From: a plasmid
Sequence record: NZ_CP024587.1
Direction: 5' to 3' (one strand)
DNA: 64,000 bases
Below are positions 48,771 through 58,987 of this stretch, in pieces. The notes beneath the pieces are model-generated. The model was not told the origin of the DNA. It was given only the letters and a program-made list of their open reading frames with translations, and searched no databases. A program made the position numbers and the translations under genes. Numbering within the stretch: the stretch's first letter is position 1; every line of letters begins with the position of its first letter.

Positions 48771-50537
48771 ATGAAGATCGTCCACGCCAACCCGCGCAAG
48801 CTGCGCGACAACCCCGAGAACCCCCGCCGCACCAGGCCGAGCGCGGAGGCCGACGCGCAGTTGCTCGCCAATATCCAGGCGGTCGGCATCCTGCAGCCGC
48901 CCACCGCGCGCGAGATCGCGGGTGAACTGGTCCTGATCGCCGGCCACCGTCGCCGCGACGCGGCCATCAAGGCGAAGCTGAAGGAGATCGCCGTCCTCGT
49001 CCGCGAGCCCGGCGACGACGCCGCGCAGGGCGGCGACGGCGTGCGGGCGCTGGCCGAAAACATGGTCCGCACCGCGATGAGCCCGGTAGACCAGTGGCGC
49101 GCCGTCGAGGCGCTGGTCGGGGAGGACTGGACCGAGGACGCCATCGCAGCCGCGCTGAACCTGCCGGTGCGCCGCATCCGCGCCCTGCGCCACCTCTCGC
49201 GCGTGCATCCGGCGATGCTGGACCACATGGCACGCGGCGACATGCCGACCGACCAGCAGCTCCGCACCATCGGCCTCGCCTCGGCCGAGGATCAGGCCTC
49301 GGTCTGGCAGAGGAGCAAGCCGAAGCGCGGCGAGCGCGCCCACTGGCACGGTATCGCCGCCGCCCTGGAGAAGCGCCGCATCCCCTTCGCCGTCGCCAGG
49401 TTCGGCGAGGCCGAGACCGAGGCCTTCGGGATCGTCTGGCAGGACGACCTGTTCGCCCCCGCCGGAGAGGAGGGCCGCTTCACCACCCAGCTCGACGCCT
49501 TCCTGCAGGCGCAGCAGGCGTGGCTGGAGGCCAACCTGCCAGACCGCGCCGTGCTCCTGGGCCTCGACGAGTGGGGCCGCGTCATGTTCCCCAAAGGGGC
49601 GCAGGAGCTCTACTACAAGCAGCCCCGCGACGAGTTCGACCGCATCGGCCTCACCGTCGATCCGCGCTCCGGCGAAGTGCGGCAGACGCTGTTCCGGGAG
49701 GCACCGCCCCGCGAGGAGCGCGGTGGCCGGGGCCGTGAGGCATCGGCCGATGGCACGGTGCTGCCCAAGGTCACCCGCCCGCCGCTGACCCAGAAGGGCG
49801 ACGCCATGGTGGGCGACCTGCGCACCGACGCGCTGCACGAGGCTTTCGCGCAGGCCGAGATCCCGGACCAGACCCTGATCGGCCTGCTCGTGCTCGCGCT
49901 CGCCGGGCAGAACGTGCAGGTCCGCAGCGGCGCCAAGGGCGACGACCTGTACGCCGGAGCGCGCGCCGCGATCGCCGCCGGCCTCCTCGAAGGCGGCGTG
50001 CTCACCGCAGACGCGGACGCCCTGCGTGCCGCCGCCCGCGCCATGCTGCGCCAGGCGCTGTCCTGCCGGGTGGGCTTCTCCACCTCGGGCCTGGTCGCCC
50101 GCTACGCCGGGGTGGCTGTCGATGCCGACGCCTACCTTCCCACCACCGCCACCGAGGAGTTCCTGGCCCATCTGAGCAAGGACGCGATCATGGGCACGGC
50201 CAGCGCCAACAACGTGGCGCCGCGCAACACCGGCAAGGCAACCCGTGCTGCGGTGGTCGAGCGCTTCAAGGGGCAGACCTTCCTCCACCCGCTGGTGCGC
50301 TTCGCGCTGACCACGGAGGAGCAGCGCAAGTTGGCCGAGCAGCGGCAGCGGGAGGAGAGCCGCGCCGCCCTGCGCGCCAGCTGGCAGTCCTCTGGGGAGG
50401 ATGATGGGGAGGACGAGAGCTCCGGCGAGGAAGAGACCGCGGGCAACATGGATATGGATGGCGAGGAGGTGGATCTCCCTACCGATGGCCTCCATCCGCC
50501 GTCCGGCAGCCAGCCCCCGGTTGTCCATACCACCTGA
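48771..50537 (+). CDS. ParB/Srx nuclease-domain protein (leading-region ParB-like)
   Basis: N-terminal ParB box 'LVLIAGHRRRDAA', 589 aa, acidic C-terminal tail. Confidence 0.75.
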   Translation: MKIVHANPRKLRDNPENPRRTRPSAEADAQLLANIQAVGILQPPTAREIAGELVLIAGHRRRDAAIKAKLKEIAVLVREPGDDAAQGGDGVRALAENMVRTAMSPVDQWRAVEALVGEDWTEDAIAAALNLPVRRIRALRHLSRVHPAMLDHMARGDMPTDQQLRTIGLASAEDQASVWQRSKPKRGERAHWHGIAAALEKRRIPFAVARFGEAETEAFGIVWQDDLFAPAGEEGRFTTQLDAFLQAQQAWLEANLPDRAVLLGLDEWGRVMFPKGAQELYYKQPRDEFDRIGLTVDPRSGEVRQTLFREAPPREERGGRGREASADGTVLPKVTRPPLTQKGDAMVGDLRTDALHEAFAQAEIPDQTLIGLLVLALAGQNVQVRSGAKGDDLYAGARAAIAAGLLEGGVLTADADALRAAARAMLRQALSCRVGFSTSGLVARYAGVAVDADAYLPTTATEEFLAHLSKDAIMGTASANNVAPRNTGKATRAAVVERFKGQTFLHPLVRFALTTEEQRKLAEQRQREESRAALRASWQSSGEDDGEDESSGEEETAGNMDMDGEEVDLPTDGLHPPSGSQPPVVHTT

Positions 50538-50628
50538 CACCGCAAGCCTGGTCGCATGGCCGACGCCCTGGGAAGGCTGAGAAGCGGACGCAGGACACGA
50601 AGGCCCCTGCCGCATCCGTCCCCCGGCG

Positions 50629-50671
50629 GCAAGGGTGCGTCGCTGCGCTCCCTCGCTCCGCTCGCCCTTGC
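50629..50671. repeat. Leading-region stem-loop element, copy 7
   Basis: About 100 nt (50607-50705) near-identical to copy 8, with one mismatch. Confidence 0.65.
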
Positions 50672-50724
50672 CCCCGGCGGTCCGGAACGCGGCGGCTGGG
50701 GAGGGATCAAAGTAGGAGAAAGCC

Positions 50725-50922
50725 ATGCGCGCGAGCGAAACCGAACTCGACCGCCTCTGGAACAGGTGCGCGAGCCTCGCCAACGACCTGGAGGAAGGTC
50801 TGTGGTCCATGTTTCCGCGGGAATGGGAAGACATCGCCGGGAAACTGGATGAACTGCTGGGCGAGATGGAGGAACTGTCTCCGTCCAGACGCCAGACATT
50901 CGCGGAAAGCCTCGGCCGCTGA
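50725..50922 (+). CDS. Small hypothetical protein (65 aa)
   Basis: Preceded by repeat-element copy 7 and a clear SD 'AGGAGAAAGCC'. Confidence 0.35.
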   Translation: MRASETELDRLWNRCASLANDLEEGLWSMFPREWEDIAGKLDELLGEMEELSPSRRQTFAESLGR

Positions 50923-51077
50923 CACGCACCCGGCGCCCTAGGCGGCGCCGGGCCCTCCTTGCTCCCTCGCAAGCACCAATACGAGTGCGCGCCCTTGCGG
51001 CGCGCGCCGCGTGATCCACGCATGCCCGGCATCCAGCCGGGCCCCCCTTTCCACGATAATCAGAACGAGGTGGCCCA

Positions 51078-51374
51078 ATGGCCTTCATCAGCGTTGCCAC
51101 GCGAGGCTCGGAATCCGAGCCGTTCCAGCTCTCCGGCAAGAACCCGATCCAGCACACGCCGGGTGCCTGCGAGAGCCACGACCGCTTGTTCGAGTATGCC
51201 GGAGGCCACCTGGGCTTCTACGGCTTCCTGCGCGTCGCCAACGCCCGCATCTCCCGGCGCCTTGGGATCGGGCTGGCGGATCTGCCGGACCGGCTCTGGC
51301 GGGATGCCTACGACGACGAGGCGCACCCTTCCGAAGCCGCCGACGAGGCGATCGAGGAAGAAGCCGGCGAATAG
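51078..51374 (+). CDS. Small hypothetical protein (98 aa)
   Basis: Acidic C-terminus; a degenerate copy of the repeat element lies upstream. Confidence 0.35.
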   Translation: MAFISVATRGSESEPFQLSGKNPIQHTPGACESHDRLFEYAGGHLGFYGFLRVANARISRRLGIGLADLPDRLWRDAYDDEAHPSEAADEAIEEEAGE

Positions 51375-51410
51375 GAGCGGAGGGAGCGCTGCCGCATCCG
51401 TCCCCCGGCG

Positions 51411-51453
51411 GCAAGGGTGCGTCGCTGCGCTCCCTCGCTCCGCTCGCCCTTGC
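51411..51453. repeat. Leading-region stem-loop element, copy 8
   Basis: Upstream of the 51549 ORF; shares the CTGCCGCATCCGTCCCCCGGCGGCAAGGG leader with copies 7 and 9. Confidence 0.65.
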
Positions 51454-51548
51454 CCCCGGCGGCCCGGAACGCGGCGGCTGGGGAGGGTCGAGGAGAAAGC
51501 GGCCGGCAAGGCCGGGGCCACCTCGGCATCCCGAATCCCTGATGGGAG

Positions 51549-52256
51549 TTGAGCAATATGGACACCCTGGTTGAGCGCGCCCTGCGCTCGGCAGCCGAGG
51601 ATCTCGGCCTTTCGCCCGATGGATGGAGCCGGATCCGGGGCGATTCCGGCACGAGCCAGGCCTTCCGGCACACCGCCCGCCCCGCCCTGGTGGTCGAGGT
51701 GAGCATGGATGGGCCCGGATGGAGCTGGACGGCCAGCCTGGCGAAGTCGCATCGCCAGCCCGCCCTTGGTCCTGCCCAGCCCTGGGCGTGCATCGACGGC
51801 CTTGCCGTCCGGGTCAGCCCCAGCCAGCGCGGGGCGCTCCTCGATGCCCTGGCGATCGCCGGCGACAACATCGCGGAGGCCAACGCCTGCTCGACCGCGA
51901 TGCTGCAGACCCGCCTGGACGTGCTGGTCAGCCGTCGCGGTTTCGACCTGTTCGTCGCCCCCGTGCAAAACCTCGACAGGAGGCAGGCCGAGCCGGCTGC
52001 CCCGCTGCGCCTGGATTGGAGCTACCGAGGGCAGACGCCGGACGGCGACGACGTCGCGGGCGTCGTTCAGGGCGCAGACGAGGCCGAGGCCATCGAGGCG
52101 GTCGAGCGCCTCTGGGCCGGCCTCGACCTCATGGAGCTATCACCACGCCTCGCCGGGCTGGCGCCCTTGTCCTCCGCTGCCCGCCGCTTGGCCGAAGATG
52201 GATTGCGGCAGGCGGGAGCCCAGGGGCCCGCATCGGGTCTGCCCGCGCTGCACTGA
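51549..52256 (+). CDS. Hypothetical protein (235 aa)
   Basis: Preceded by repeat-element copy 8; followed by a perfect 14-bp-arm palindrome (52290-52319). Confidence 0.4.
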   Translation: MSNMDTLVERALRSAAEDLGLSPDGWSRIRGDSGTSQAFRHTARPALVVEVSMDGPGWSWTASLAKSHRQPALGPAQPWACIDGLAVRVSPSQRGALLDALAIAGDNIAEANACSTAMLQTRLDVLVSRRGFDLFVAPVQNLDRRQAEPAAPLRLDWSYRGQTPDGDDVAGVVQGADEAEAIEAVERLWAGLDLMELSPRLAGLAPLSSAARRLAEDGLRQAGAQGPASGLPALH

Positions 52257-52339
52257 TCCTCCCACCCCCCGAAACAGCCATCGGCATCGCGAACGGCAGG
52301 GCCTGGGCCCTGCCGTTCGCGTTTCAGGAGCCCCGCGCC

Positions 52340-54148
52340 ATGATTTCCGAGCACGGCCACGCCACCATTCTGCACGCCCACCTCTTCGCCGGCCTCGGCG
52401 GAGGTGCCCGCGGCTTCAACCGCGCCACCTCGCGGGTGGGCAACCTCACCGCCAGCTTCCGCTGCCTCGGCGGCATCGACGTCGACGCCGGGGCGATCCG
52501 CGACTTCGGCCGCCTCGCCGGTGTGCCCGGCACCTGCATGGACCTGTTCGACCGCGAGCAGTACCGCGACTTCCACGGCCAGGAGCCACCGATCGGCTGG
52601 CGCGAGGCCACCGTGGACGATGTGCGCGCCGCCTTCGGCCACGAACGCCCCCACGTCCTGTTCACCTCGCCACCCTGCAAGGGCTTCTCCGGCCTGCTCA
52701 GCGAGACCAAGAGCAGGACCCGGAAATACCAGGCGCTGAACCGCCTGACGCTGCGCGGCATCTGGCTGGCGCTGGAGGCCTATCGCGACGATCCGGTGGA
52801 GCTGATCCTGCTGGAGAACGTGCCGCGCATCGCGTCGCGCGGGCGTCCCCTGCTCGACCGGATCACCGGCCTGCTACGCGCCTATGGCTACGCCGTGGCC
52901 GAGACCACCCATGATTGTGGGCAGTTGGGTGGCCTGGCGCAGTCGCGCCGCAGGTTCCTGCTGGTGGCCCGCCACACCGCCAAGGTGAAGCCCTTCCTCT
53001 ACCAGCCGCCGAAGCGCCCGCTGCACGGCGTGGGGGACATTCTTTCCCGGATGTCCCTGCCGGGCGATCCGGCGGCCGGGCCGATGCACCGGGTCCCGAT
53101 GCTGCACTGGTCCACCTGGGTCCGGCTCGCCTTCGTCGAGGCCGGAAGCGACTGGCGTTCCCTCGGCAGGCTCAAAGTCGAGGACGGGATGTTGCGCGAC
53201 TACGCCCTTGCCCCCTGCGGCGAATGGCGCGGCGGCGTTCTCGGCGTGAACCGCTGGGACGAGCCGTCCGGCACCGTGGCGGGCCGTTCCGGTCCCTCCA
53301 ACGGCGCCTACAGTGTCGCCGACCCGCGCCGCGCCGAAGGCGTGGCCGCCTTCGGGCAGTACGGGGTCAAGCGCTTCGACGAGCCGTCCCAGGTGGTGAT
53401 CGGCAAGGCCGCGGTCGGGGCCGGCCATTTCGCCGTGGCCGATCCTCGCCACGCCGGGCCGCCCAAGCACAGCAACGAGTTCCGCATCGTCCCCTGGGAC
53501 GGGGCCGGACGGGCGGTCACAGGCGCCCATGGCACCGGCCAGTGCGTGGCGGATCCGCGCGGAGACGTGCGCCGCTCCGGAGCGCTGGGCGTCGTGTCGT
53601 GGGAGTCCAATGCCGGCACCGTGGCGGGTGAGAGCCTGCCATCCAACGGCACCTTCGCGGTCGCCGATCCCCGGCCGCGCCTGGAACGGGAGAAGGGTGA
53701 CGACTACTACGGCGCCGGCCATTACGGCGTGGTGCCGTGGCGGGAGCCCACGGGTGCCGTCAGCGCCGCCGCCGGCTACGACAACGGCCGCTGGAGCGTG
53801 GCGGACCCCCGCCCGATCCTGCCCAGCGCGACCGAGAAGGTCGTGGCCCGCATCCGCGCCCTCGACGGCACCTGGCACCGGCCTTTCACCACCGCCGAGC
53901 TGGCGGCGCTGCAATCGTTGTTCGACCCGGAGGAGCAGGCCGAGCTGGACGGGCTGAGCGATGCCGACTGGCGCGAGCGCATCGGCAACGCCGTCCCGCC
54001 CGACGCCGCGCAGGCCATCGCCGAGACGATGGGCCGCACGCTCCTGCTGGCCTGGTCGGGCGAGGGCTTCATGCTCTCGGCCCTGCCGATCTGGGTACGT
54101 CCGGTCGCGGTGGCCCTCTCCGTACGCCAGCCCCAGGACGAGGCCTGA
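52340..54148 (+). CDS. Orphan C5-cytosine DNA methyltransferase with C-terminal repeat region
   Basis: Motif I 'LFAGLGGGARGF', motif IV 'TSPPCKGFS', motif VI 'LLENVPR'. The C-terminal half carries five 'VADPR' repeats. Confidence 0.75.
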   Translation: MISEHGHATILHAHLFAGLGGGARGFNRATSRVGNLTASFRCLGGIDVDAGAIRDFGRLAGVPGTCMDLFDREQYRDFHGQEPPIGWREATVDDVRAAFGHERPHVLFTSPPCKGFSGLLSETKSRTRKYQALNRLTLRGIWLALEAYRDDPVELILLENVPRIASRGRPLLDRITGLLRAYGYAVAETTHDCGQLGGLAQSRRRFLLVARHTAKVKPFLYQPPKRPLHGVGDILSRMSLPGDPAAGPMHRVPMLHWSTWVRLAFVEAGSDWRSLGRLKVEDGMLRDYALAPCGEWRGGVLGVNRWDEPSGTVAGRSGPSNGAYSVADPRRAEGVAAFGQYGVKRFDEPSQVVIGKAAVGAGHFAVADPRHAGPPKHSNEFRIVPWDGAGRAVTGAHGTGQCVADPRGDVRRSGALGVVSWESNAGTVAGESLPSNGTFAVADPRPRLEREKGDDYYGAGHYGVVPWREPTGAVSAAAGYDNGRWSVADPRPILPSATEKVVARIRALDGTWHRPFTTAELAALQSLFDPEEQAELDGLSDADWRERIGNAVPPDAAQAIAETMGRTLLLAWSGEGFMLSALPIWVRPVAVALSVRQPQDEA

Positions 54149-54301
54149 GCGCCATGCACCCCACACCATCCATCCCCTGCCGCCGGACCTGGCAGCGGAT
54201 CCTGCACCGCCACAGCCATCGTGCCCCGCCGAAACTGGGGCACCGGCGTCGCAGCCAAGGGTCCGGCCGGGGCACAGCCTGCCGGCAGGACGGCGAGCGG
54301 C

Positions 54302-54853
54302 CTAGCCCGCCGCGGCGCGGATCCGGGCGAGATCGAGGACGCCCTTCGCGCCCCAGCCCTTCGTCCCGGCTGCCACCTCCGGGCGGAACTGCTCATAGAG
54401 CCGGAAGGCCACCCGGTTCAGCTCATCCGGATCCAATGTGGCCGCCAACTCCTCCATCGCCTTCCTGACCGGCGCCAGATCCTCCCCGAAGGCCCTCCGG
54501 ACATACCCGGCTGCCGCCTGCGCGGACGCCGGCTTGTCGTGATCGAGCGCGCGTAGCGACCCATCCACCTCGACCACCGGCAGGTCGCGGCCGAGCAGAT
54601 GCACCGCCTTCTGCCGATGCCTCCCCTGACCCTGCTTGCGCGCCTCGTCACGCAGGTCGCCGCTCTCATGCCCCTCCTCGGCGATGCCGATGGACTTCGC
54701 CTTCGCGCGGGCACTGAGGCCGGCGACGGCCCGGCCAAGCGTGATCGCCGTTTCGGGGTCATGCCCCAGGCGCTCGGCCACCACCGCGGCCCAGAGCGTC
54801 AACACCGGCGCCCGGTTCACCTGGACCGTCGGCCCCGCCTTCGTCCCGGTCAT
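54302..54853 (-). CDS. Hypothetical protein (183 aa), opposite orientation
   Basis: Start at the internal Met 'MTGTKAGPTVQVNRAPVLTLWAAVVAERLG' of ORF 54302-55651. The upstream part of that ORF overlaps the + strand gene and is probably spurious. Confidence 0.4.
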   Translation of the reverse strand: MTGTKAGPTVQVNRAPVLTLWAAVVAERLGHDPETAITLGRAVAGLSARAKAKSIGIAEEGHESGDLRDEARKQGQGRHRQKAVHLLGRDLPVVEVDGSLRALDHDKPASAQAAAGYVRRAFGEDLAPVRKAMEELAATLDPDELNRVAFRLYEQFRPEVAAGTKGWGAKGVLDLARIRAAAG

Positions 54854-54982
54854 GCGCGTCCATCCCATCCATCCCGCTCGCCTCAACGAGCGAGCGGCGG
54901 GACGGATGCGCCACGCCGGCTTCCACCATCCCGGCCATTGGCCGAGCCGGCGCCTCGCGGATTCCGGGGCAGAGCCAACACC

Positions 54983-55477
54983 ATGAAGATCGAACTCCGC
55001 AGTGTCAGCTACAACGCCGCCCTGAGCGAGGAGACGATGAACTTCCACGCCGACATCTGGATCGACGGGAGGAAGGCGGGCTTCGCCCATAACCACGGGA
55101 CCGGCGGCAACACCAACGTGCAGCCCAACACCCTGCGCCAGCGCCTCGACGAGTACGGCAGGACTCTCCCGCAGGTGGACATCGGGACCGCCACGGGCGG
55201 CGAGCCGCGCATGATCACCCAGGACGCCGAGTGGATCGTGGACAGCCTCCTGACGGAATGGATCGTGCGGCGTGACCTGAAGCGGGCACTGAAGAACCGC
55301 GTCCTCTACACCCACACGGAGATGCCCGGGGTCTACCAGACCAAGGTGCTGAAACCGGACGAGATGGCGAAGATCCTCGCGTCGACGGAGGTGAAAGCAA
55401 AGTGGAAGGTCAAGGCTTGGCTGAACACCATGCCGGAAGAGGAGGCCATCGCCATCTACCGGAACAACGGTCGCTGA
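54983..55477 (+). CDS. Hypothetical protein (164 aa)
   Basis: 'MKIELRSVSYNAALSEETMNFHADIWIDGRKAGFAHNHGTGG'; lower GC and a good codon pattern. Confidence 0.45.
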   Translation: MKIELRSVSYNAALSEETMNFHADIWIDGRKAGFAHNHGTGGNTNVQPNTLRQRLDEYGRTLPQVDIGTATGGEPRMITQDAEWIVDSLLTEWIVRRDLKRALKNRVLYTHTEMPGVYQTKVLKPDEMAKILASTEVKAKWKVKAWLNTMPEEEAIAIYRNNGR

Positions 55478-55528
55478 AACGCGCACGAGGGCAGGACGGA
55501 AGATGGCTGCCGCATCGTGGCGTCCGCC

Positions 55529-55574
55529 GCAAGGGAAGGCGGCTGCGCCGCCCGCGCGAAGCGCGCGCCCTTGC
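55529..55574. repeat. Leading-region stem-loop element, copy 9
   Basis: GCTGCCGCATCG...GCAAGGGAAGGCGGCTGCGCC...GCGCGCCCTTGC upstream of the 55689 ORF. Confidence 0.6.
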
Positions 55575-55688
55575 CCCGGCCGCCGCCGTCGCGGCCGGCC
55601 AGAACGGGACAGGGGAAAGAATGGCCAGGCGCGGCAGCGGGCGTCCGGCAAATCCCTGATCCATCCATGACGCTGCGGAGATCAGCCC

Positions 55689-55901
55689 ATGTCGGACCCG
55701 TTCCACGATGTTCACGCTCCGGGCCTGGAGGCCCGGACCTGCGGCGGAACCCATGATGCATGCGTGGAGATGGACCGCCTCTCGCAGCTGCTGTGCGCCT
55801 GCGACGACGGCGTGCTGACGGAGGAGGGCCTCCACGAGGCGGCCGTCCTCGCCGAGCGGCTGGGACGCACTGACGAGCTGTTCGACGCACTGATGAAGTA
55901 G
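55689..55901 (+). CDS. Small hypothetical protein (70 aa)
   Basis: Preceded by repeat-element copy 9. Confidence 0.3.
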   Translation: MSDPFHDVHAPGLEARTCGGTHDACVEMDRLSQLLCACDDGVLTEEGLHEAAVLAERLGRTDELFDALMK

Positions 55902-55936
55902 CCGATGCCGCCCGCGCCCGGCCGGGTCATGATGGG

Positions 55937-56127
55937 CTACGCTGACTGCCTCTCCAGTAGCCGCAGGATCACCACCACCTCTCCCGGAGGGCCGATCTCG
56001 GCCCATCGGCGGACGCTGCGCGCCACGTCTCGCGCAGGGTGCCCGTGGTCCGTCAGCCACCGGCCGAACGCCGCCTGGGTGAACCCCAGATCAGCGAGGG
56101 CGGCGCGGAAATCCTCAGCGGTCATCA
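55937..56127 (-). CDS. Small hypothetical protein, possible HTH (about 63 aa)
   Basis: 'MTAEDFRAALADLGFTQAAFGRWLTDHGHPARDVARSVRRW'; begins a minus-strand block. Confidence 0.3.
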
Positions 56128-56459
56128 ATGATGCTCCTCCGGAGCGCCCGCATCCGACGCCCCCATTCCCGGTGGTAGTCTGCTGTCGCCACAGCGGCGT
56201 CATAGGCTGCCTGTGCGTCCCCGGGCGGGCACATGCCCTGCCGGATCGTCATGACGCGACCCTGCACGGGCGATCCGTCCCTGAGCGGCATCACCAGATG
56301 CCACTCATCCCTGCGGGTCACCGGGTCGTGGACCTCGACCGCCAGGCATCCGCCACCCAACTGTCCGGTCAGGGCGCGGCGCATCGAGGCGGCGCTGTCC
56401 ACCTCGTGCATGGAGCGCGGCGCCGCAGCCGACGAGTGTGCGAGTATCGCGATCCGCAT
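56115..56459 (-). CDS. Hypothetical protein
   Basis: 114-aa ORF co-oriented with its neighbours. Confidence 0.3.
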   Translation of the reverse strand: MRIAILAHSSAAAPRSMHEVDSAASMRRALTGQLGGGCLAVEVHDPVTRRDEWHLVMPLRDGSPVQGRVMTIRQGMCPPGDAQAAYDAAVATADYHREWGRRMRALRRSIIDDR

Positions 56460-56468
56460 CGTCGCCTC

Positions 56469-56855
56469 TCACGCGTAGTAGGCGTAACGGACGGGCTCGC
56501 CCCACAGCGTGCCCTCGGCCTCACCAGCAAAAAAGCCGCGGCCGAAACCCGTGAACCGCAGTTCCTGCCCCGCCTCGGTGATCACCTGGGGAGCCACACT
56601 GCCGTTGTCGCGCATCAGGCGACGGGCCGTCCAGGACCGGGCGCTGGGGGCCGGGCGCGCAACCGGCGCGGCCGGGACAGCCATCGCGCCGATCGCTGCG
56701 ATGACGCGGTCGGCCTCGCGACGGTTCACGAACACCGTGACGGTCAGGCCGTCCACCGAGCTGTCACGCGCGCCGGGCGCCAGCATGGTCTGCACCAGGG
56801 CAGACACCGCGCCCTTGATGCGGGGCAGTGGCGTCGATCCGGGTCTTGGCGCCAA
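56469..56855 (-). CDS. Hypothetical protein
   Basis: 128-aa ORF; start uncertain. Confidence 0.3.
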   Translation of the reverse strand: MAPRPGSTPLPRIKGAVSALVQTMLAPGARDSSVDGLTVTVFVNRREADRVIAAIGAMAVPAAPVARPAPSARSWTARRLMRDNGSVAPQVITEAGQELRFTGFGRGFFAGEAEGTLWGEPVRYAYYA

Positions 56856-57001
56856 ACCGGCTGGTGGTGATAGAAACGCTCATCGTCTCGGTCTCTCCCG
56901 GCCGGACCTCATTGCCCTTGCCGATAACCAACATATAGGCGCATTTCACCTATCTAGTAACAGGAAAACGTACTCACCGGCCGATTTTTCGGAAACCACC
57001 G

Positions 57002-57607
57002 ATGCCCGCTGATATCCCCTGCGCCGAGGCCAACGCCACGGCCATCGCGTTCATGCGCCGAGGCGAAACCATGCCTGGCTGGTCAGGGCCAAAAGAGGAA
57101 GGGGTCCGTCTGATCTTGGACGCATCAGGGCTGACGCTGCTCAGCCTTTATGAAAGCCCCACCGCCCGGGAGATCCGTGGGGCGCGGACGGGGAAGATGC
57201 GTGTCGGCCTGCTGCCGATCGGCATGCACACACTGATGCTGCTCTACGATGTTGATCTGCTCACCAACAGCTGGTCGGATGCCCCGTTCGCGCTGGGAGC
57301 GCAGGGCCCCGGGAACCGCACGCTGATGGCGCGCGAAAGGGGGCAGGGACGCCTCCTCATGTCCATCATGGCGGACGCCACGAGCGGCATGGTGCATGCC
57401 CTGCGCGGCTTGAGCCTTACGCCGAGCTTCTGTGATGTCCTAGACGATCTGGTGGAAGCGCAGCGCGCTGCCCTGCCAACCTACACCCCGCAGGCCTATG
57501 CCGCTGAGCTGAACGCCGCCTATGCCCGATGGCCGACCTCGACGGCGATGGTGCCGCATGCCCGGATCGTCGAACGCGTCGGGTTGCCGATCGGCGAAGC
57601 GAGCTGA
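57002..57607 (+). CDS. Hypothetical protein (201 aa)
   Basis: ORF with regular codon usage; no motif recognised. Confidence 0.35.
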   Translation: MPADIPCAEANATAIAFMRRGETMPGWSGPKEEGVRLILDASGLTLLSLYESPTAREIRGARTGKMRVGLLPIGMHTLMLLYDVDLLTNSWSDAPFALGAQGPGNRTLMARERGQGRLLMSIMADATSGMVHALRGLSLTPSFCDVLDDLVEAQRAALPTYTPQAYAAELNAAYARWPTSTAMVPHARIVERVGLPIGEAS

Positions 57608-58389
57608 GTTAGTCAATCATCCTGGACGCCAGTCGGGCAACCGTTCGGACCCAAGGCTCGCACGGCGCATCTTCAACGCCTGGCGCATCGGAACCGCCAT
57701 GCCGATGCCCGACATCGCTCGCCTGCTGGACGTCTGCGGCCATGGGGCGGCTGCCAGCCGGATGCGCCAGACGGCGCTGGAGGGCGGCAGCAATCCCGGC
57801 CTGACCCTCGAAGAAGTCACCGATCTCATCTCCTGCTGGGCGGACGAAACACGGGCTGCGCGACGCAACGCCACGCCTTGAGGCGGGCTCGCGGGGTGCC
57901 CCCTTTCGCCGCCGTCGACCGCGATCCCGCGGAAAGGATGGCATTGGCGCCGCTGATGCCCGGCTCCTGACCAGTCCATAGAGGTCGGATCAGGGATAGG
58001 ATGGAGGGGGAGGAGGGGAATAGAGGAGATTGGAGACGGGCCAGGGGAGATGTCCGAAGGACGAGAGTGGGGAGACGTGTGTCGGCTACCTGCCCGTGCC
58101 GGCCGCATATCCTCGGGGTGCTGCGGTCTGAGCCACGGCGCCGGCCGCTCCTACCCCCGCTTTCCCCGAAGCCGGGGAAAGCGCCTCCGGCTCGGCACGC
58201 TCGGTCAGGGGCCGGGGCCGCGCCTTGCGCGGGGCGATGCCCCGCTGCGGCGCAACCCCAACCCCCTCCCTCACATGCCTCGGGGGTAGGACCGCCCGCC
58301 ACCGCGCCTCTGTTCGACCGCACCCGAGGATACGCGACCGGCACGGGCCGGAAGCCTCTTCGGGGAGAGAGAATGAAGAGGATCTGACG

Positions 58390-58878
<489 letters not shown>

Positions 58879-58987
58879 CGGCTCGCGCTCCGGTGCCCTT
58901 GGCGGGGCACCGGGCCGCTTCCCGCTGCTCCCGCTCCACCCCACCGGGCCGCCTGATGGCTGGCCCGGCTCACGAGGATTCCGCCCG

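Noticed and set aside
48416-48925. 169-aa + ORF starting in the 8-bp tandem repeat array
   Set aside because: Its N-terminal half is simply the translation of the GGAAAGCC repeats (KPESRKAGNRETRKAGERRSRS). It overlaps the well-supported ParB-like gene frame.
48321-51032. 903-aa minus-strand ORF
   Set aside because: Antisense to the ParB-like gene and the small ORFs, and it crosses several intergenic repeat elements. It is a GC-rich artefact.
28457-55574. Possibility that the recurring stem-loops are integron attC sites (gene cassettes)
   Set aside because: There is no GTTRRRY/RYYYAAC core at the boundaries, no intI or attI nearby, and the elements lie upstream of genes with conserved leaders, not at cassette 3' ends.
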